This document shows, piece after piece, positions 58,160 through 64,000 of a stretch of 64,000 nt of DNA; the first letter of the stretch is position 1; each line of letters begins with the position of its first letter. The position numbers and the translations under genes were made by a program. Below the pieces are notes generated by a model. It had not been told where the DNA came from. It made no database searches and worked only from the letters and a program-made list of their open reading frames with translations. Origin of the DNA: Candidatus Komeilibacteria bacterium (GTDB taxonomy: Bacteria; Patescibacteriota; Patescibacteriia; UBA1558; 2-01-FULL-52-15); contig JAZDLR010000022.1 in the NCBI GenBank assembly GCA_043801745.1, positions 1,960 through 65,959 on the forward strand. Reading direction: 5' to 3'.

Positions 58160-58770
58160 TTCGTAAGAAAAATATTATAGCCGCTGGTCTGATTGGTGCT
58201 AGTTTTATGTAGCCACCTATCTAATAACCGCGTCAGTCCGCGTGTCAGACGCGATAACTTAACCGGATACAATTTATTAACCGTTTCCAGGGCGCCGCGC
58301 ACATTAACTGATTCAAAACCGGAAAATTCGCGTAATAAATAGCGCGCACCCTCAATCGTGTAGCGATAAAAATCCCCATAATAACCTGGCAGAGGATGAT
58401 AATAATAGAGAAACGGCAAATATATATAGGCGTAACCCCCGGGTTTAAGTACACGATGAATTTCTCGCGCGGCTTTCTGCGGTTCTTCCACGTGCTCTAA
58501 AACAGCAATACAAATGACCGCCTCAACTGAATTATCAGCTAAAGGTAACTGATGGATATCGCCGACAATATCCGGATGAAAATCAGCCACCTTGTCCACT
58601 ATTTTATAATTCACGCTGTTAATTTTATCTTTTAACCATAAACGCTGTTGCTCGCACCGATTACCCTGACCTGGCTGAATTCTTAATCCTCCGCCAATAT
58701 CAATAATATCTTTTTTTTCTTCAAAAATTTTGGTTAACTTTTCAACTTCAAATTTTTCCCAGGGTGTCAT
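58156..58770 (-). CDS. SAM-dependent methyltransferase (type 11-like)
   Basis: IDIGGG, GDIHQLP, VLEHV, LKPGG and DFYRY. Confidence 0.85.
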   Translation of the reverse strand: MTPWEKFEVEKLTKIFEEKKDIIDIGGGLRIQPGQGNRCEQQRLWLKDKINSVNYKIVDKVADFHPDIVGDIHQLPLADNSVEAVICIAVLEHVEEPQKAAREIHRVLKPGGYAYIYLPFLYYYHPLPGYYGDFYRYTIEGARYLLREFSGFESVNVRGALETVNKLYPVKLSRLTRGLTRLLDRWLHKTSTNQTSGYNIFLTK

Positions 58771-59909
58771 GACAAATTATTTTCAGCTAGCTTTTGCCAC
58801 AAATTAATTATTTCAGAAATATTTCTCTCCCGGTCAAAGCGTTGTCGATACTGTCGCGCCGCCATCTGACCAAGACGATCACGTTCAGTTTTATCCGTTA
58901 AAAGCCTGTCAATAACTTCTACGGTTGATGACAAATCATTAAGTGGCACAACAACTCCTGTCTGACCGTCTTCAATGATTGTCCCGGCACCCAGTGTAGC
59001 CGACGCCACCGTTGCCACGCCGGCCGCGCCAGCTTCAATAATAACCTTGCCAAAGCTCTCATTAGTAGATAGCAGTAGCAATAAATAGGCCTGTTGATAA
59101 TAATCCACTAACTGCTCCGGCGTTTTATCGCCCTGGAAAAATACCACCCCATCTAAACCCAGCCGGTGGCTTTGACGTTTGATATCTTCCTCCAGCGGTC
59201 CTGATCCAATGATAGAAAGGTTGAAATCCTGCCTTTTCTGCCGTAATTCAGCCATAACCCGCAGCATAAAATCTAAATTTTTAGCTGCCACTAAACGCCC
59301 GACAAAAAGTAAAGTCTTAACAGCGCTTTCCGGCTTATTAATTACTGCGGAAAAACGTTCAACATCAACCGGCGTGTTAATAACAACAATTTTGTCAGCC
59401 GCCACACCCAGCTGCCGCACAGCTGCTACCAACCGATCAGAAACTACGCGGACAATATCCGCACGCGGCAGTACCCGGGATTGAATCCGGGCAAAGAGCT
59501 GGTTTTTCCAGGATTCAGCTAACCACTGACGATTACCGATAAAGTCACCGTGCAGATGAACCTCCAAGGGCAGCTGAAACTTTTTCTTCAGCCACCAGCC
59601 CAACAAACCGGTAGCGTGCGGATCTTGCGTATCGATCAGATCATAAGGCCGTTGGCGCAAAAGTCGGGCAGCAATCTTCCAACCAGTAAATAATTTGTTT
59701 ACCGCGCCAGGACCAGTAGAATAAACTGCGGCATTGGCAGCCAACGCACTTACAGTACGCTCCCTACCGCCCAGAACAACAATATCCAAACGAGCAACAC
59801 GCGCGGCGTATGCTTGATGCCGTTGACGCACATCACTGGCTGACCGCTCAATCAGTAATCCGTCATCCAGACTGATCATTAATATTGATAATTGATCGGC
59901 TGGTTTCAT
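58767..59909 (-). CDS. Glycosyltransferase family 4
   Basis: FVGRL...K and ESFGKVIIEA. Confidence 0.9.
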   Translation of the reverse strand: MKPADQLSILMISLDDGLLIERSASDVRQRHQAYAARVARLDIVVLGGRERTVSALAANAAVYSTGPGAVNKLFTGWKIAARLLRQRPYDLIDTQDPHATGLLGWWLKKKFQLPLEVHLHGDFIGNRQWLAESWKNQLFARIQSRVLPRADIVRVVSDRLVAAVRQLGVAADKIVVINTPVDVERFSAVINKPESAVKTLLFVGRLVAAKNLDFMLRVMAELRQKRQDFNLSIIGSGPLEEDIKRQSHRLGLDGVVFFQGDKTPEQLVDYYQQAYLLLLLSTNESFGKVIIEAGAAGVATVASATLGAGTIIEDGQTGVVVPLNDLSSTVEVIDRLLTDKTERDRLGQMAARQYRQRFDRERNISEIINLWQKLAENNLS

Positions 59910-59910
59910 T

Positions 59911-61062
59911 TTAAGCCAAACAGCTAATAAATAATTTGTTCATGGCAACAGCGATTGTATTCCAATCATATTGAGCTCGGACTAACTGCTGGCCAGTAGT
60001 TTGAATGTGCCGATACAACTGCTGATCACAATAATAGCGTTGCAGTGCCTGGGCAATAGATAGAGGTTGACGCACCTGACAAACTAAACCGGTTTCACCA
60101 TCACGCAAAAAATCAACAATACCCCCAACCGGGGTAGCTATGATCGGCAAACCAAAAGCCATAGCTTCTAAAAATGAATTACCTAAGCCCTCAGATAAAG
60201 AAGGCCGGCAGAAGACATCGGCCGCTGCCAAATACTTAGGCATTTCCCGATGATCAATCTGACCAATAAAGGCAACGTATTGCGCGACACCTTTCTTAAC
60301 AGCCAAAGCTTCTAAAATTCTCTGGTCCGAGCCGGCACCGACAATTAATAAACGAGCCGGCACGCCCAACTTATAACGCGCGCAGTTGATGGCTTTGATC
60401 AAATCATCAATGGCATTCTTATAGACCAGACGACTAGTAGTAATAACCACAAACTCCTCATCAGCAATGGTTAGTTGATGACGGAAATCCCGGCACTGGG
60501 CAACAGAAAAGGAGTTAGTAAAAACGTCCAGATCAACACCGTTGGGTATAACAGCAATTTCTTTCTTTCTATGTCCAAATTTTTTAGCGCGACGGGCCAG
60601 ACTCTGACTAATAGCCTGCAAACGGACAGCCCGTTTATACATTGAACGGTAAATTGGCAGCCAAAACCAAACCCGTATCCAGATAAAAAAATCCGAGTCG
60701 CCACTTTGCTCGGTCAAGACATAGGGCACACGCGAACGCCAACGAAAAAGCCAGGCCGCTAATCCGGCGTAATTAGCCATCATGGCCCAAGCCAGATCAA
60801 ACTTCTGAAATGACTGCAATTGATAAGCGCGACGGGCGGCCCGGAAAGCATAAAGATACTTGTCCCAGATATTCCCCTGCCCCAGACGGATAACCTTAAT
60901 ACGACCCAACATCTCCTCCTTGGGCAGCTCCGGTTTAAGTTTAGCTGTCAGTAAAACAGCATCAAAATCAGTTATGCGGTCGGCGATTTCCTTGATAGCC
61001 ACCTCAGCTCCACCAACAAATGGATAGTAAGTCAAGGAAAATATCAGTAATCTTTTAGCCAT
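59911..61062 (-). CDS. Glycosyltransferase family 4
   Basis: YYPFVGGAE and EGLGNSFLEAMA. Confidence 0.92.
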   Translation of the reverse strand: MAKRLLIFSLTYYPFVGGAEVAIKEIADRITDFDAVLLTAKLKPELPKEEMLGRIKVIRLGQGNIWDKYLYAFRAARRAYQLQSFQKFDLAWAMMANYAGLAAWLFRWRSRVPYVLTEQSGDSDFFIWIRVWFWLPIYRSMYKRAVRLQAISQSLARRAKKFGHRKKEIAVIPNGVDLDVFTNSFSVAQCRDFRHQLTIADEEFVVITTSRLVYKNAIDDLIKAINCARYKLGVPARLLIVGAGSDQRILEALAVKKGVAQYVAFIGQIDHREMPKYLAAADVFCRPSLSEGLGNSFLEAMAFGLPIIATPVGGIVDFLRDGETGLVCQVRQPLSIAQALQRYYCDQQLYRHIQTTGQQLVRAQYDWNTIAVAMNKLFISCLA

Positions 61063-61193
61063 AGTTAGCCAATTTTTTGGCTTATTGAGATATTAGTATA
61101 CCGTATGACTATGCCAGATTATCCGTCATTTATCAAGCTTTTTTGTCTATACAAAAGGCCAACTATTTGTTAGAGTAAAAAACGAATATCTCT

Positions 61194-62354
61194 ATGATTA
61201 GCGGAAAAAAAATATTATACGTCATTACCCAGAGCAAATATGGCGGGGCACAAAAATACGTCCTGGATCTAGCTAAGGCTTTTACGTCTCACAACTCAGT
61301 AAGCGTGGCTGTTGGTGAGCTGAACGACCAGGACCAGACTTTTTTTCAACCTTTAGCTGATCAGCCTACTATTCAGGTACACCGTCTAATTTCTCTGCAG
61401 CGGGGAATTAATTTACTCAAGAACTGGCAAAGCGTCTGGGAATTAAAAAAACTTTATAAAACTATTGAACCAGACTTAGTTCACATTAACAGCTCTATGG
61501 CTGGTTTTACCGCCAGCTTAGCCGCCCATTGGTACAACCGAACTGCCGTAAAAAAAATTAAAGTAGTTTACACCGCTCATGGTTTTGTTTTCGATGAACC
61601 ACTGCCGGTCTTGGTTCGCCAGCTATATATTTTTATTGAACGCCTGGGCGCTCGCTGGAAAGACGCCATCATTACGGTCTCCGACCAATCAAAATTAAGC
61701 GGCGTCAAACATGGCCTAGCACTTAGCAATAAATTCACTACTATTCATAACGGAATCAGCCTGACGCCGGAAAATTTTTTTAGCCGTGAGCAGGCACGCC
61801 TCAAATTGCATCTTCCGCCCGACGCTTTAGTGGTCGGCAGCATTTCCTCCTGCTATCCAACTAAAGGCTTACGCTATCTGATTGAAGCCGCTTATCAGCT
61901 AGCACGACCGGAAGTTCAATTCATTATTATCGGCGGTGGTCCGGAAAAAGATTACCTGCAGGAATTAATCGGGAGACTAAAATTAACCAAGCAATTTTAC
62001 CTGGCGGGCGCTAAAGCCGAAGCCTGGCGCTATTTACCAGCCTTTGATCTTTTCGTTTTACCTTCAGTCAAAGAAGGACACCCCTATGCCATCTTAGAAG
62101 CTGGTCTGACTCCTCTACCGGTGATCGCCTCTAATGTTGGCGGCATACCCGAAATTATTAATCACGACCATAATGGCTGGCTAGTGCCGCCCGCCGATGC
62201 CGTATCTTTAGCTGCTGCCATAACCAAAGCTTTAGAACAACCAGCCGAACGAACACGTATAGCCCTAGCTTTACAACAAACCGTCCAAAGAGAATTTTCA
62301 CTCTCGGCTATGATTACTAAGACCGACCAGGTCTACCAGCGACTATTGATCTAG
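61194..62354 (+). CDS. Glycosyltransferase family 4
   Basis: GGAQ, YTAHG, KG and EGHPYAILEA. Confidence 0.92.
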   Translation: MISGKKILYVITQSKYGGAQKYVLDLAKAFTSHNSVSVAVGELNDQDQTFFQPLADQPTIQVHRLISLQRGINLLKNWQSVWELKKLYKTIEPDLVHINSSMAGFTASLAAHWYNRTAVKKIKVVYTAHGFVFDEPLPVLVRQLYIFIERLGARWKDAIITVSDQSKLSGVKHGLALSNKFTTIHNGISLTPENFFSREQARLKLHLPPDALVVGSISSCYPTKGLRYLIEAAYQLARPEVQFIIIGGGPEKDYLQELIGRLKLTKQFYLAGAKAEAWRYLPAFDLFVLPSVKEGHPYAILEAGLTPLPVIASNVGGIPEIINHDHNGWLVPPADAVSLAAAITKALEQPAERTRIALALQQTVQREFSLSAMITKTDQVYQRLLI

Positions 62355-64000
62355 GGCTGAAGACTGGGGAAATAGGGTATCAGCGCCGGCAATAAACTGG
62401 GATAATTATTTACCGCTTGTTGAGCACTGATCTCAGCTTTTTCCGTCTTCCCTTGTCCTAGCAGTAACAAGGCTGTTAACAGGGCAACATCGGCAGGCGA
62501 CTTTTGTCGTTGTTTTAAGATTTCTAGGTGTTTAGCTGCTAAATCATAGCTGCTAGTTCGTAAATCATATTGCGTTACAGCCAACAAATCAGCATACGGG
62601 GCAGTGACCAAATGCTGATTAAAATAATCATTGGCCTCCTTTAACCAACCCAGGTTAAGTAATTGCTTATAGTATTGAATATGAGTATCAAAAATTTCCG
62701 GCCGACGTTCGGCTACTTGCTGGAATAAATCCAAACCCGCCTGCTCCTGTCCGGAAGCTAGGCGTAATTGACCGGCAATGTAAAGAAATTGGGTCCGCTC
62801 CGGATTGTCACGAAGCAAAATTTCTGCCAGCTTCAAACCCCGCTCCCAATAAACGCTATCTATCCGGCCTGCCAGTAAATAAAAATTTGCCAGTTCAACG
62901 TAATTTACCGTGTCCCCAGGCTTCTTGCTGATATTTTTTAGCATAACGGATTCAGCATAAGCTATCTGTTGTTTTAGTGCTGCCACCTCCAAGGGTGAGC
63001 CGCGGGCAATTAAATCACTAACCAACAAAACATACTGATAACGCAGCTCGGATTTACCCAGCGTCGGCGCTGCAGCTGCGTCATACCTAATAGACTCCAA
63101 TTTCTCCGCCGTAATCAACTGCCAGTCAGAACGGACCGACATTAGACTGGTGGTGAAGCGGTAGTTAGCCAAAAGGTTCTGAACAAAAAAATTATAGATA
63201 AATAAGGCAGCGATCAAACATAACACAGAAAAAAATACTGGGCGTCTAAATGGCGTCTGTAGTGGCAAGCCATACTTGTCAACTTTATCTGAAAGTTCCG
63301 TCTCACGGCTCCAGATATAAGCCAGAAGAACGAAGAAGATCAGTTGATTATTGATCGTGTCAAAATAGAAAATACTTTGAATTTGATAAACCAAGGCTCC
63401 AGCTGCCAGAATGACCCAGGCTGTTCTTTCAGCCGGTTTCTGCCGCCACAAACGCAGCCAAGAACGAAGCAACAATAACCATAGTACTAAATATAATAAC
63501 AGTGCCACCAAACCGCCTTCCACCAAATGCTGAATAAAAATATTATGCGCTTTATCATACCAGATCGGCGAAACACCAGAGCGAAATATGCGGTCATCAT
63601 AATGCTGATTAAAGGCAAGGGAAAAATTTTCCGGACCCCAACCCAATATTGGCTTAGCCCGGAAAGCCTGCCAGCTAATATCCCAAACAACCAAACGGTC
63701 ATAAAATGAGTTATAGGGCTGTAAATCGTCCTTAGATAGGGTGAGTGACTGCCAATTGACAAATATCAGCCCAAGGCCCAAACAAGCCAACAGTATTATG
63801 GCCAAAATCAATCTCTGCTTAACTGATACCAGTCTTCGGCTCTGCTGCCAGGCGGCAATGATAAATAAAACCACCAAACCAAAGGCTGTAGCAACAACGG
63901 CGATGCGGGCTCCCGAAAGCCACAAAGCTGCTAATTGCAGCAACAATAGACTGCCGACGGCCAACCAACGTTGCCAAGATTTTTTATCTAAGCGATACCG
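62351..64000 (-). CDS. O-antigen ligase/Wzy_C family membrane protein with TPR-like C-terminus (N-terminus beyond the right edge)
   Basis: SGAR, R..VW......F..KPILGWGPENF and DKAHN...Q.L.EGG; the frame stays open to the window edge. Confidence 0.88.
   Translation of the reverse strand, partial: RYRLDKKSWQRWLAVGSLLLLQLAALWLSGARIAVVATAFGLVVLFIIAAWQQSRRLVSVKQRLILAIILLACLGLGLIFVNWQSLTLSKDDLQPYNSFYDRLVVWDISWQAFRAKPILGWGPENFSLAFNQHYDDRIFRSGVSPIWYDKAHNIFIQHLVEGGLVALLLYLVLWLLLLRSWLRLWRQKPAERTAWVILAAGALVYQIQSIFYFDTINNQLIFFVLLAYIWSRETELSDKVDKYGLPLQTPFRRPVFFSVLCLIAALFIYNFFVQNLLANYRFTTSLMSVRSDWQLITAEKLESIRYDAAAAPTLGKSELRYQYVLLVSDLIARGSPLEVAALKQQIAYAESVMLKNISKKPGDTVNYVELANFYLLAGRIDSVYWERGLKLAEILLRDNPERTQFLYIAGQLRLASGQEQAGLDLFQQVAERRPEIFDTHIQYYKQLLNLGWLKEANDYFNQHLVTAPYADLLAVTQYDLRTSSYDLAAKHLEILKQRQKSPADVALLTALLLLGQGKTEKAEISAQQAVNNYPSLLPALIPYFPSLQP

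Overview
Bacterial DNA whose style suggests Patescibacteria/CPR (tight or overlapping genes, few Shine-Dalgarno sites, PEGA gene beside murA, many ORFans); this assignment is inference. There are three zones. (1) 1-13.4 kb is an accessory region ending at tRNA-Gln(TTG). It holds a type I restriction hsdR, DUF3800 and NYN nuclease-fold genes, a REP-associated (RAYT-like) Y1 transposase, a duplicated 77-aa gene, two GC-rich + strand cassettes and a CARDB-repeat surface protein. (2) 13.5-23.5 kb is mostly housekeeping: pyrG, rplI, S41 protease, murA, PEGA protein, rmlA/rmlB and HIT. (3) 23.5-64 kb is a large surface-glycan locus with 10 GT4, 4 GT2, several GT-C-like membrane proteins, 6 SAM methyltransferases, a priming transferase, Wzx, Gmd, an aminotransferase, an S8 protease and a VTC/DUF4956/CotH trio. 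The most unusual signals are non-coding. Four + strand promoter-structured RNA-terminator units face the DUF3800 and NYN genes, three of them in tandem at 3567-3891. A 9-nt motif lies upstream of all six minus-strand genes in 1-5.6 kb. Repeated intergenic modules carry a G-quadruplex consensus. A covarying 44-nt terminator hairpin with a sarcin-ricin/loop E motif closes both GC-rich cassettes. All calls were made by eye from sequence motifs; no searches or folding programs were run.
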